A program made the position numbers and the translations under genes. A model generated the notes under the pieces. That model saw nothing but the letters and a program-made list of their open reading frames with translations, searched no databases and was not told where the DNA came from. Below are positions 29,443-38,237 of a DNA stretch of 64,000 nucleotides, piece after piece. How positions within the stretch are numbered: the stretch's first letter is position 1; every line of letters starts with the position of its first letter. The DNA is from a virus (taxonomy: Duplodnaviria; Caudoviricetes), in IMG/VR virus record IMGVR_UViG_3300027533_000013, positions 1 to 64,000 of that record; one strand, given 5' to 3'.

Positions 29443-29907
29443 ATGATTGAGATTCGAAAGAGTGAGACTGCCGACACACGCACTTGCGATTTCGCCAACG
29501 TCTCTCGTGAGACACTTCTGGCTAGTAGTCTCCAGCACATTGGAGACGTGCATGCTGCGCTGGGTTTCATGGCGGCTGAATTGCTGAAGGCCGCAGGTCG
29601 TCATGACTTCGACAAGCTCACAGACATTGATAGCTTCCATGCGGACTTCATCACGGGCTTCAAGCAGACCGGGTGGTGGGACCGGCATCGTCAGTTGAAC
29701 CGTCACCATCTTCTAAATCCTGATGGTGTGCGGGACGACGTGAACCTCATCGACGTGATCGACATGGTGTGCGATTGCGTGATGGCAGGCATGGCCCGAA
29801 GCGGTGAGGTGTATGCCGTGAGCATCGACCCGGCTGTGTTGATGAAGGCGTTCCAGAACACGGTGGAACTGCTCAAGTCTCAGGTGGTGGTAAGGTCTGA
29901 TGAGTGA
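29443..29907 (+). CDS. DUF5662-like HD-type hydrolase
   Basis: HI..V, HDFDKL, H..NRHH, NLIDV..M.CD. Confidence 0.7.
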   Translation: MIEIRKSETADTRTCDFANVSRETLLASSLQHIGDVHAALGFMAAELLKAAGRHDFDKLTDIDSFHADFITGFKQTGWWDRHRQLNRHHLLNPDGVRDDVNLIDVIDMVCDCVMAGMARSGEVYAVSIDPAVLMKAFQNTVELLKSQVVVRSDE

Positions 29908-30292
29908 CCAAACGTTGTTCACCGAGTGTTGTAACGTCCCTATCGCTGGTGATTGGCGTTGGTGCCCGAAGTGTGGGCAAGAATGCCGAGTGCATATTGC
30001 TCCTGTCCAATTGCCGACGTTGCGAGAGGCGTTTCGTGCTGGTTTCCTTGCGACGGTTCCAAATGACTCTAAAACGCGAGGATGGTCATTCGATGGACCA
30101 GCCGCTGCCGACCGAGAGTCTGACGCATGGGACGCATGGCAAGCGTTGTTGATCGTCACGGCGGTGCAAGCTACTGATCATTCGCATAATTGGCGTCGTC
30201 AGTGGGAAATCATTGATGGTCGTCGCGTGTATTTTCGTGTGTGTGTCTGTGGGGCGCGAGAGCTACAGGTGCAGAATGCCGATATTCTGTAA
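29900..30292 (+). CDS. hypothetical Cys-rich protein
   Basis: TECC..CPKCG; coupled. Confidence 0.45.
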   Translation: MSDQTLFTECCNVPIAGDWRWCPKCGQECRVHIAPVQLPTLREAFRAGFLATVPNDSKTRGWSFDGPAAADRESDAWDAWQALLIVTAVQATDHSHNWRRQWEIIDGRRVYFRVCVCGARELQVQNADIL

Positions 30293-30570
30293 GTGGTGTG
30301 GGGTGAAGTGGGAGGATCTGAGTGTCCAACCACCCTGCGTCTGCCGTTTTGAAAAGTGTCGTAACTGTGGCCTTCTGCGGAGAGAGCACATCGAGATTTT
30401 TGGTGACAGTGAGAACATGCTCTGTCCGACCGGGGTGTTCAAGAAGGAAGTCTATGAAGCGGTCACGGAGACACACGAACACGACAGGGTATCGTCAAAT
30501 CAGAAACGGACAGACCCGGAAGCAGGTAGCGAGGATAGCTAAGCGTTTGGGCATACCGTTGGGAGGCACG

Positions 30571-30783
30571 ATGGAGAAGCAGTGGATTGTGTATGACGAG
30601 AGAGCCACCCCACTGGAGGGCACAGACGACGCTAACGTCATTGTCTGTGAAGGGACCGAGAAGAAGGCCATGTCATGGCCGGGGCGGGGCTACGTCTGGA
30701 AGTATGACGTAGACTCGGATGGCAAGACGTTGATCAACGAGGAATACGTCGGGCCGACGAAGATGCTGGAGCGCAACCCGTGA
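30571..30783 (+). CDS. hypothetical protein
   Basis: GGAGG RBS before ATG 30571. Confidence 0.5.
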   Translation: MEKQWIVYDERATPLEGTDDANVIVCEGTEKKAMSWPGRGYVWKYDVDSDGKTLINEEYVGPTKMLERNP

Positions 30784-31103
30784 ATGAACCGATAGCTAAA
30801 GTGTGGGATAAGTGGCTGAGTGAACACGACCAGCAAGAGATTCGTAAGTTGATGGTGATCAAAGCCAAAATTTACCACAAAACGGTGGAAGGCGAATATG
30901 GATGTCCCGGCGAAGACTGCCCCGGTGTGCAGCGACTGGTGACGTTGCTGGGGAATTGGACGTCAATGCTGTTCCTGTTGATTGAATTGCCCGAGCTAAC
31001 AGAGAAGTGGCAGGGGTCCGATGATGGTCACGAGTGGGTGGACTGCGAGGACGATCCCACGGGGTCGTATGGCCATGTGCGGAAGGTGTGGATAGAGCGA
31101 TGA
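30780..31103 (+). CDS. hypothetical protein (paralogue of 28782-29102)
   Basis: shared ~55-aa core. Confidence 0.65.
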   Translation: MNEPIAKVWDKWLSEHDQQEIRKLMVIKAKIYHKTVEGEYGCPGEDCPGVQRLVTLLGNWTSMLFLLIELPELTEKWQGSDDGHEWVDCEDDPTGSYGHVRKVWIER

Positions 31104-31278
31104 CGTGGCAAGAACGCGCAAAGATCAGAGAAGCCATGCGGTTGTTTGGCACCGATGATGGCTACGACCGCGCCATGCGGATATTGCGCGTGCTGGCTGG
31201 AGGTCCGAAGGAAACGGTTTTCGAAAAACAGGTGCGTGAAGCAGGGTCGATAAAGGTGACGGACTTGTGGAGGAAGCC

Positions 31279-31626
31279 ATGAAGTGTCCCGAGCATGGGC
31301 TAGAAGCCGTGCTCGTGAATGACGCCGTGATTTACCATGGGCATTCGTATGGCTTTGTCTGGATGTGCCCACAGAAAGGTTGCACGCGCCGTGTGGGAGC
31401 ACATAAGGAGTCATTGGCACCGAAGGGGTCATTGGCCACGGAGAGCATGCGGAAGGCTCGTATCAAAGCCCATGCCGCCTTTGATGGGTGGTGGAAGAGT
31501 GCAGGGATGACCCGGAGCCAAGCCTATAAGCAATTGGCAGTGCTCATGGGGAAGAAGGCCCATATCGGCCACATGGACGAAGCTGAGTGTGAGCGGGTCA
31601 TTGAAGAATTTGGAGAGAAGCCATGA
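31279..31626 (+). CDS. DUF3268-like zinc-finger protein
   Basis: CP..IY.G..W.C..VGAH..P.GSLA..R.AR..AH..FD.WWK..AY..LA..HIG.MD..C. Confidence 0.75.
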   Translation: MKCPEHGLEAVLVNDAVIYHGHSYGFVWMCPQKGCTRRVGAHKESLAPKGSLATESMRKARIKAHAAFDGWWKSAGMTRSQAYKQLAVLMGKKAHIGHMDEAECERVIEEFGEKP

Positions 31627-31714
31627 AGTGGGCGCGTGTCATCTTTTGGTGCGTCGAATCGGTCGTGCTGTTCGTGGGCTACGTGACCGTGTGGCGTTGG
31701 ATAGGAGTGGGGTC

Positions 31715-31924
31715 ATGAAGTGGGTAGTGTATGAGGTGTGGACGACAGCCCGAGTCATCGAGGCGGCGACGGAGCAGGAAGCTCATGACAAGGGAGAGCC
31801 GCCAGCCAGAGAAGGGTTGAACCTCAGCAACTGGCATGTGATTCCCTTGTCAGCCGACGAACCGAAGAAAGACCCGAATGCCTACAAGCCATGGGGCACT
31901 CGGTATCAGAACCCCGGAGGATAG
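31715..31924 (+). CDS. hypothetical protein (paralogue of 32184-32411)
   Basis: MKWVVYEVWT..REGL..NW..PL. Confidence 0.6.
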   Translation: MKWVVYEVWTTARVIEAATEQEAHDKGEPPAREGLNLSNWHVIPLSADEPKKDPNAYKPWGTRYQNPGG

Positions 31925-32183
31925 ATGGCGCTCGATCCGATTCTTGTGACAGAGTGGGCGGTATGCGTCGTAATTGGTGGCGTGGCACTGTGGCGAAAGC
32001 TGAGGTAACCATGTGGGTCATCCGAAGCGAGAGAAAACCTAAGCGTGTGCGACCGGGGCGGAAGGAAGGATGGTATTGGGCGAATGAATTTGGATGGACG
32101 TCCAAGGATCAAGCTGATCGATTCACCGAGGAACAAAAGGAAACATTCCTGCTACCCCGTGGTGGTGTCTGGGAGGAACTGCA

Positions 32184-32411
32184 ATGAAATTTGTGGTGTA
32201 TGAAATCTGGACGAGAGCTTCTATGGTGGATGCCGATGATACGACGGATGCCTTGAAGAAGTCACAACCGTCGCCGCGTGATGGATTGACCATGTGTAAT
32301 TGGTATGCCGTGCCGTTGATGGAACCAATGAAATTGGAGCCATCACCATCGAAGACGTCGTATCTGTCGAAGGTGCAGTCAGAAGTGCCGAAGGAGCCGA
32401 ACCCATCATGA
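32184..32411 (+). CDS. hypothetical protein (paralogue of 31715-31924)
   Basis: MKFVVYEIWT..RDGL..NW..PL. Confidence 0.6.
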   Translation: MKFVVYEIWTRASMVDADDTTDALKKSQPSPRDGLTMCNWYAVPLMEPMKLEPSPSKTSYLSKVQSEVPKEPNPS

Positions 32412-32620
32412 ACCTTTTACTGACCGATGAAGAACGCCAACGGTTTGCGGATTGGTTGGAGATGAGTGCCGACTCCAATGAGCAAATCGCGGCCCAGATG
32501 GAAAGGGTCGGAAGTCCACCGATGATGGCGGTGGCGAAGCTGAATCGTACGGAAGCAGCGGCCATGCGTGTGGTCTTGAGAAAACTCAGGACTACAGAGT
32601 CCATGTCCATCAAGCCATAG
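32408..32620 (+). CDS. hypothetical protein
   Basis: coupled ORF MNLLLTDEERQRF. Confidence 0.5.
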   Translation: MNLLLTDEERQRFADWLEMSADSNEQIAAQMERVGSPPMMAVAKLNRTEAAAMRVVLRKLRTTESMSIKP

Positions 32621-32670
32621 TTTGTCAAAACAGCCTTACTATCTTTTGGTGGGAAGGTCGCACAATCGAA

Positions 32671-32699
32671 TTGCAATTGAGTGCAAAAATCCGTAGACT
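32671..32699 (+). promoter_or_regulatory. putative morphogenesis-operon promoter overlapped by the 14-bp palindrome
   Basis: TTGCAA-17-TAGACT; TGCAATTGAGTGCA at 32672-32685 covers the -35 and spacer. Confidence 0.55.
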
Positions 32700-32746
32700 G
32701 GGTCATCCTTGTGTACGACAGAATACCGCTTTGTCAAGGGTGATTC

Positions 32747-34612
32747 ATGCTCAAGTTGATTGGCGACCCGGTCCAGAAATCTGAACACCCCGAGCACAAG
32801 ATAACCTTCATCCAGAAGGTGATTAAGGGTGAGACGTGGCTGGTGATGGCACACAGTGCCGTCGAGCTAGAGGACGAATGGTCCAGCCTCTACTTCACGT
32901 CAGGCAGTCAGAACAACCTGTTCCTGATGCCGCCTTTCGAGCCGAATGTCTTGCTCAACCTTGTCCAGACCAACAATGTCCTGAACCAGTGCATCGAAGC
33001 GATGGAGGTGAACATCGATGGCACAGGGCATGAATTTGTCCCGGTGGATGAAGGGAAGGACATCGATAAGAAGGAAGAGAAGATCGCCAAGGCGTTCTTT
33101 GATGAGCCGTACCCGAACATCTCCATGGTCACCATCCGGCGCAAGTTGCGGCGGCAGATGGAGTCTGTAGGGTATGGGTTTATTGAAGTGCTTCGGAACA
33201 TGGCCGAGGACGTGGTGGGTCTTCGCAGTGTGGAGACGGCCCACATCCGGATGGTGAAACTAGACAAGCCCATCCAAGTCAAGAAGAAGGTGCAGCGGGA
33301 TGGCACAGAAGTCGAGCTACTGATCTGGGAACGTGAGCGTCGTTTTGCACAGACCGTCGCCCTGAAACAGCAAGTGTACTATCGGGAATTCGGAACCACC
33401 CGTCATATTAACCGTGACACTGGGGATTGGGAAGAAGAAGGCAAGAAGATCCCGCCTGAAAAGCGTGGGTCGGAGTTGCTCTGTCTGGGTATTAACCCCG
33501 ACGTGACCACTCCGTACTGGTTGCCACGATGGATTAACCAGTTACCATCAGTCATTGGCTCCAGAGCCGCCGAGGAACAGAACCTCCAGTTCTTGGATGC
33601 TGGTGGCCTGCCCCCAGCCATTGTGTTCATTCAGGGTGGCACACTCATCAAGGACACGTCCGACCAACTTCGCATGTATTTGTCGGGCCTCAACAAGAAC
33701 AAGAACCGGGCGGTGGTGGTCGAGGTCCAGTCATCGTCAGGTTCACTTGATGCGGCTGGCAAGGTCGATGTGAAGGTGGAGCGTTTCGGTTCTGCCCAGT
33801 CTCAGGATGCGATGTATACCCAGTATGATGAGTCCACTAAGGAGCACATCCGTATTGGCTTCAGACTCCCACCCCTGTTTCTGGGTTATGCGTCAGACTA
33901 CAACTTCGCCACCGCACAAGTGAGCTACATGGTGGCCGAGGCGCAGGTCTTTCTGCCAGAGCGTGCTGAGTTTGACGAGATGATCAACAAGACCATCATG
34001 AAGGAGCTAAAACTCAAGACGCTCCTGTTCAAGTCGAAGCCCATCACGCTGAAGGATGTGGAGACGCAGTTGAAAGCTCTTGAATTGTCGGCGGCACTGG
34101 CCACACGCGAGAGCTACCTGAAGGAAATCAACACAGTCAGTAGCATGGCACTGGAACTGGCTGAAGTGCCTGCTCAGGGTGTTGGTCCCGACAACGTGCC
34201 ACTCAAGAATACGCCTACGGCTGATGAACTGGATTCGGGTAAGTTGCCTGCATCCATGACGGAAGTGAAGCCGGGTGTGAAGCCAGAACCCAAGGAAACC
34301 ATCGAAGAAATGGGGAAGAAGGAAGAAGTCAAGTCCATGGCCCGAGCAAAGGCCAAGGCCATGTATACCTTCAAGGAGCGGAAGGCGGCAGGCGATCTAC
34401 TTGCGTTGACGCAGGACTATGCCATGTATCAGGGTCTGATGCCCACACTGGCACAGAAGCAGGAATTGACCGCTGAGCGTGCTGAGGAAATCAATGCTGA
34501 GGTCGAGTCGTTGCACCCCGAAGACCTGAGAGCGTTTAATAGCTTACTGGCTATGGTGGTGTTTGGGTCCGATGATGCGGACCTGTCGTCCATCGTTGCG
34601 GCGTCGAGGTAA
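32747..34612 (+). CDS. portal protein (PBSX/XkdE-like)
   Basis: PPFEP..L, CIEAM..NIDG.G, GYGFIEVLRN, YWLPRW, FRLPPLFLG..DYNFATA; first gene of head module. Confidence 0.88.
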   Translation: MLKLIGDPVQKSEHPEHKITFIQKVIKGETWLVMAHSAVELEDEWSSLYFTSGSQNNLFLMPPFEPNVLLNLVQTNNVLNQCIEAMEVNIDGTGHEFVPVDEGKDIDKKEEKIAKAFFDEPYPNISMVTIRRKLRRQMESVGYGFIEVLRNMAEDVVGLRSVETAHIRMVKLDKPIQVKKKVQRDGTEVELLIWERERRFAQTVALKQQVYYREFGTTRHINRDTGDWEEEGKKIPPEKRGSELLCLGINPDVTTPYWLPRWINQLPSVIGSRAAEEQNLQFLDAGGLPPAIVFIQGGTLIKDTSDQLRMYLSGLNKNKNRAVVVEVQSSSGSLDAAGKVDVKVERFGSAQSQDAMYTQYDESTKEHIRIGFRLPPLFLGYASDYNFATAQVSYMVAEAQVFLPERAEFDEMINKTIMKELKLKTLLFKSKPITLKDVETQLKALELSAALATRESYLKEINTVSSMALELAEVPAQGVGPDNVPLKNTPTADELDSGKLPASMTEVKPGVKPEPKETIEEMGKKEEVKSMARAKAKAMYTFKERKAAGDLLALTQDYAMYQGLMPTLAQKQELTAERAEEINAEVESLHPEDLRAFNSLLAMVVFGSDDADLSSIVAASR

Positions 34613-34614
34613 CC

Positions 34615-35715
34615 ATGGACTACGCCCGTATTCTCAAGTGGAGTCCTAACCAGTTGCGAAACCCCGCAGGGTCACCCGAGGGAGGACGATGGGCGAAGGG
34701 TCTTACCCCACAGGGGGAACGAGATCGATGGCATGGGAAGGATCAGGCGAAGGGTCGGAGACTTGGTACAACTGAGGCTGCTAGGACCATAGAATTTCAG
34801 AGGAATGAAGCTCCCACGTTTCCCAAGGGTACGAGCACTCAGCAACGTGAGTACATTGCAGGGCTGTCTCCGAAGGCGCAGCGACGTATTCGGGACGCTG
34901 AAAATAAAGTCATACAGGATGCAGCACTGGCCGAGATGAAAGCCAATATGGCGGTGTCAAAGTCCCCGCCACTGGATCGGACTCCGTCTGGTGAACACAG
35001 GAATACGCTCAGGACGCCCATCGTAGAACACTCAGAACACACACGGGAGTTGGGCGGCGGCATCAATGAATCCTTGGTGGTGGAAATTGATGGCAAAGAG
35101 TTTGTGTTCAAGCCGGTTGAGGGAGAAAAACATGGCGGGAGTGGTGAGGCGTCACTCGCAGAACGTGAAGTGATCGCATCTCGCATGGATGACGAACTGG
35201 GGTTCGACTTGGTGCCCATGACGGTGATGGGTGAAGTCGAAATCTCGGCCCCTAAATATCCAGAATATGACGAGACGCCTGTGAAAAGGATAGGCTCACT
35301 CCAAGAGTTTCAGGCAGGCGCAAGGAATTATGGCGTGGCGGATGTGAGTGGTCTGTCACGAAAAGATATCGGGAACATGGCGGTGCTCGATGCCCTTCTG
35401 GGAAATACTGACCGGCATACCGGTAATGCCATGGTGAAAGGTAATCAGTTAATTGCCATTGACCATGGTTACACGATGAGTGAAGTACGCGGCACCAACA
35501 GTTTAGCGGTCGATAATCTCAGACGAGATGATTTACCCACGAAATATCAGGGCGAATTAGCGGAGCGCATTGAGAAGATGGATGTAGCCCGTGTGCTTGA
35601 TGGGTCACATATTGGGAAGGCGGAACGAGCGTCCTTTGAGCGCCGGAGAAAAATCGTCATCAACCAGTTGCGTAAGGGAGAAATCCACCTGATTGGTGGA
35701 GCGTTATATGCGTGA
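34615..35715 (+). CDS. HipA/PI3-PI4-kinase-like kinase 1, putative head cargo
   Basis: VFKP, AERE, LVPMTV, GSLQ, NTDRHTGN, AIDHG; leader YARILKWSPNQLRNPAGSPEGGRW. Confidence 0.8.
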   Translation: MDYARILKWSPNQLRNPAGSPEGGRWAKGLTPQGERDRWHGKDQAKGRRLGTTEAARTIEFQRNEAPTFPKGTSTQQREYIAGLSPKAQRRIRDAENKVIQDAALAEMKANMAVSKSPPLDRTPSGEHRNTLRTPIVEHSEHTRELGGGINESLVVEIDGKEFVFKPVEGEKHGGSGEASLAEREVIASRMDDELGFDLVPMTVMGEVEISAPKYPEYDETPVKRIGSLQEFQAGARNYGVADVSGLSRKDIGNMAVLDALLGNTDRHTGNAMVKGNQLIAIDHGYTMSEVRGTNSLAVDNLRRDDLPTKYQGELAERIEKMDVARVLDGSHIGKAERASFERRRKIVINQLRKGEIHLIGGALYA

Positions 35716-35977
35716 ACTCACCATCTATAACTACAGCATGAAGCCCGAAGAAGTCTTGGGTAAGGTACGGCTGGTGGAGGGTGAAGTCACCATCACTGGA
35801 TTCCCACCACGGATGATGGCCGAGCTACAGGCAGGCATGCCTGATGCGAACACCGGCACCCGCATCATGCCGGATCAGGGCGTGGTGTTTTTCGAAGCGG
35901 TGCTGAATCGGTATACCGGAGCGTATGTCCGAGCCGTGGAGCGGAGCATGGCGGATGTATTGAAGTCCCATGGCTAA
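35708..35977 (+). CDS. small protein, putative immunity/antitoxin for kinase 1
   Basis: overlaps kinase stop; homologous to 40151 and 41623 ORFs. Confidence 0.6.
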   Translation: MRELTIYNYSMKPEEVLGKVRLVEGEVTITGFPPRMMAELQAGMPDANTGTRIMPDQGVVFFEAVLNRYTGAYVRAVERSMADVLKSHG

Positions 35978-36452
35978 ATCCTTCACCGACGTGCTCAAGT
36001 GGGATGAGCATAAGCATCCCAGAGATAAACATGGGTTGTTCACGATGGGGACAGGCCCATTTGGGCACACGCCTGATGACCCCAAAAAAATCGTGCAGGT
36101 CTATGGGCTATCAGACTTTCCAGAGGATGCCCCGCCAGATCCCTTGGAGCCCAAGTATCAGACCGAGGAGAGAGCCGAGCAGGCTGAGCGGCGAAGCCAG
36201 CGAATTCATCTGACCCAAGAAAGTGATCCCAAGCTCCCACCTATGGGGTCGTTGACCACGAATACCGCCGCCAAGCAGCGGGGTATTGAGCGGCGGAAGA
36301 AGCGGAAGGAAAAAGCCGCACGGATGGCCGAAGCCAGACGAAAAGAAGGTGGCGTCGTCGGAGCGAAGCAGAGAGCCCTAGATTTCCGCATGGCGCAAGG
36401 CCGCGCACAGCAGAAAATTATCCGAGCTATCCGAGAGCGTAAAGACGACTAG
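35970..36452 (+). CDS. basic putative head-cargo protein
   Basis: FTDVLKWDEHKHPRDKHGLFT leader. Confidence 0.6.
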   Translation: MAKSFTDVLKWDEHKHPRDKHGLFTMGTGPFGHTPDDPKKIVQVYGLSDFPEDAPPDPLEPKYQTEERAEQAERRSQRIHLTQESDPKLPPMGSLTTNTAAKQRGIERRKKRKEKAARMAEARRKEGGVVGAKQRALDFRMAQGRAQQKIIRAIRERKDD

Positions 36453-36454
36453 CC

Positions 36455-38092
36455 GTGGCGAAGACTGTAGACCTGAGAACGTATATCGCACTGGAGAGGG
36501 CGTTTCTTAGGCGTCTTCTGCGGACGTGGCGTATTCAGTCGGCTCCCATTTACCAGAAAATCACGCAAGCCTGTCTCGACCATAAATGGGATGAAGCCCG
36601 TCGATTGGTGCCCGATCTGGATATGGCTGAAGTCGGCACGGAAAACAAAGAGTGGATTACCTACATGCTCCTGTCGTGTGGCGTGTTCGGGGCCAACATG
36701 GTGGCGAGAGGTAAACCCTCCTTTGTGGGCGTGGGCACTTTCGATACCTTCCTGAAGCAGACCACCAACAACATGCTCCAGTATCTGGAGCACAACGCCA
36801 CCGCACAGATTCAGAAGGATGCTCTGCAATTGATTGCAGAGGATGAGGCCAAGACCAAAGCCATCAAGTTCGATGAGAGTAAACACCCACGAGATGGTAA
36901 AGGTAGGTTCGCTTACCATGGCACGTCCAATGAGTTGGCCGAGAAGATTCTGAAGGAAGGACTCAAGCCTCTCAGCGAGATGGATCGGAGTTCTCCCATA
37001 GGGAAAGGGTTTGCATCCACGAGTGAGAAAGTGGCGCTGAGTTATGCGGCGATGGCGTCGGATGATTCGGTGGACACTATTACAGTGTTTGTGTTCAAGC
37101 CAGAAGCCAGTCGTTACTTCCAGCCTGCCAACAAGCATGCTTTTGGGCCATCGGGTTCGTGGGCACAAGCGCGTAGCACAGAGATGTCGAGCACAGAGAC
37201 TGTGCCACCGGAATTGATTCACGAGGTGCGTCAGTATCGACTGGCTGATGTGGTCGAGGCACTAGGGCCGCAAGGTGGGAAACAGTATGCAGATTGGGAG
37301 TCTCCACTGGAGGATGTAGATCCAGTGAAGGTGGTCCGAAAAGAAGATCAGGTCATTTATGTGGCCTTTTTGACCACGTCTGGGCCTGTGTTAAAATGGG
37401 ATGCGTCGAAACACCCACGGGAACCCAAGGGAAGCGCCATAGGAGGGCAGTTCACCGAGGGAACCGTGCAGGAGGGTCCGGACTTTACCCGAGTGGCCAT
37501 CACGAGTCAGCGGCCAGAGGGTGATCCGGGGCACCAAGCGAACAAAGAGGTCTTCCAGCACATGCACGAGTTCCAGAGCCGTCTGGAGGCCCTACCGGGG
37601 GTTACCAGAGTCTCTGTGAAGCCGGGAGTCGGTGGGTGGGATGGTGGGTCGGAGTCCATGTGGCAAGTGTTCTACCGGGGCAACGGAGCCGCCAGACGGT
37701 TGGTGGCGCAGACGGCTAAGACGTTCAATCAGGATGCGGTGCTGGTCCTGAAGAAGTGTACGGGCAGTAATTGCCAGCCTGCGGTAGAATTGTCGTTCGC
37801 GGGTGGGGTGTCTCCGGTCGTCAGGGAAAAGGTCCATGCGGTGCTGGTGAAGAACGGCATCCAAGGGTGGACGTGGATGAAGCGGGGCGGAAAGACCCTA
37901 CTCCGGATGGTGTCGGTGCCCCAGTGGGGTGGCGTGGCTGAGAAGCACCAGAAGGCGACAGCCGCCGTCAGTCAGAAGTTACGAGAGGATGGGCTAGAGA
38001 ACCATCGTAGCGTGCATAAAGTGGCCGTATCGGTCATGGAGCGCGAGGGAGACAACAGCTATGACCGAATCATCGGACGAACAGGCACGTAA
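36455..38092 (+). CDS. polyprotein: helical N-domain (possible MuF N-half) + ADP-ribosyltransferase-like domain + unknown domain
   Basis: AYHGTS..ILKEGLKP..FASTS..ALSYA (H-type ART); two internal K|[FW]D.SKHPR..G..F leaders. Confidence 0.65.
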   Translation: MAKTVDLRTYIALERAFLRRLLRTWRIQSAPIYQKITQACLDHKWDEARRLVPDLDMAEVGTENKEWITYMLLSCGVFGANMVARGKPSFVGVGTFDTFLKQTTNNMLQYLEHNATAQIQKDALQLIAEDEAKTKAIKFDESKHPRDGKGRFAYHGTSNELAEKILKEGLKPLSEMDRSSPIGKGFASTSEKVALSYAAMASDDSVDTITVFVFKPEASRYFQPANKHAFGPSGSWAQARSTEMSSTETVPPELIHEVRQYRLADVVEALGPQGGKQYADWESPLEDVDPVKVVRKEDQVIYVAFLTTSGPVLKWDASKHPREPKGSAIGGQFTEGTVQEGPDFTRVAITSQRPEGDPGHQANKEVFQHMHEFQSRLEALPGVTRVSVKPGVGGWDGGSESMWQVFYRGNGAARRLVAQTAKTFNQDAVLVLKKCTGSNCQPAVELSFAGGVSPVVREKVHAVLVKNGIQGWTWMKRGGKTLLRMVSVPQWGGVAEKHQKATAAVSQKLREDGLENHRSVHKVAVSVMEREGDNSYDRIIGRTGT

Positions 38093-38231
38093 GGAGTTGC
38101 GGGAAGCGTTGGCTCAGGAGCAGGCCACAGGTGAACCAGTGGATGACTCGTGGACCAATGACCTACCCAGTGATCCACTCCCCGAGGATGACGAGGACGT
38201 GTCGGCCACGTTCGTGAAGAAGCATACGTAG
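38061..38231 (+). CDS. small acidic protein
   Basis: GAGGGA RBS; MTESSDEQARKELREALAQE..PEDDED (56 aa, not in ORF track). Confidence 0.45.
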   Translation: MTESSDEQARKELREALAQEQATGEPVDDSWTNDLPSDPLPEDDEDVSATFVKKHT

Positions 38232-38237
38232 GACACC

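Noticed and set aside
32621-32737. Minus-strand TTGACAAA boxes as leftward promoters
   Set aside because: No acceptable -10 element at 16-18 bp spacing.
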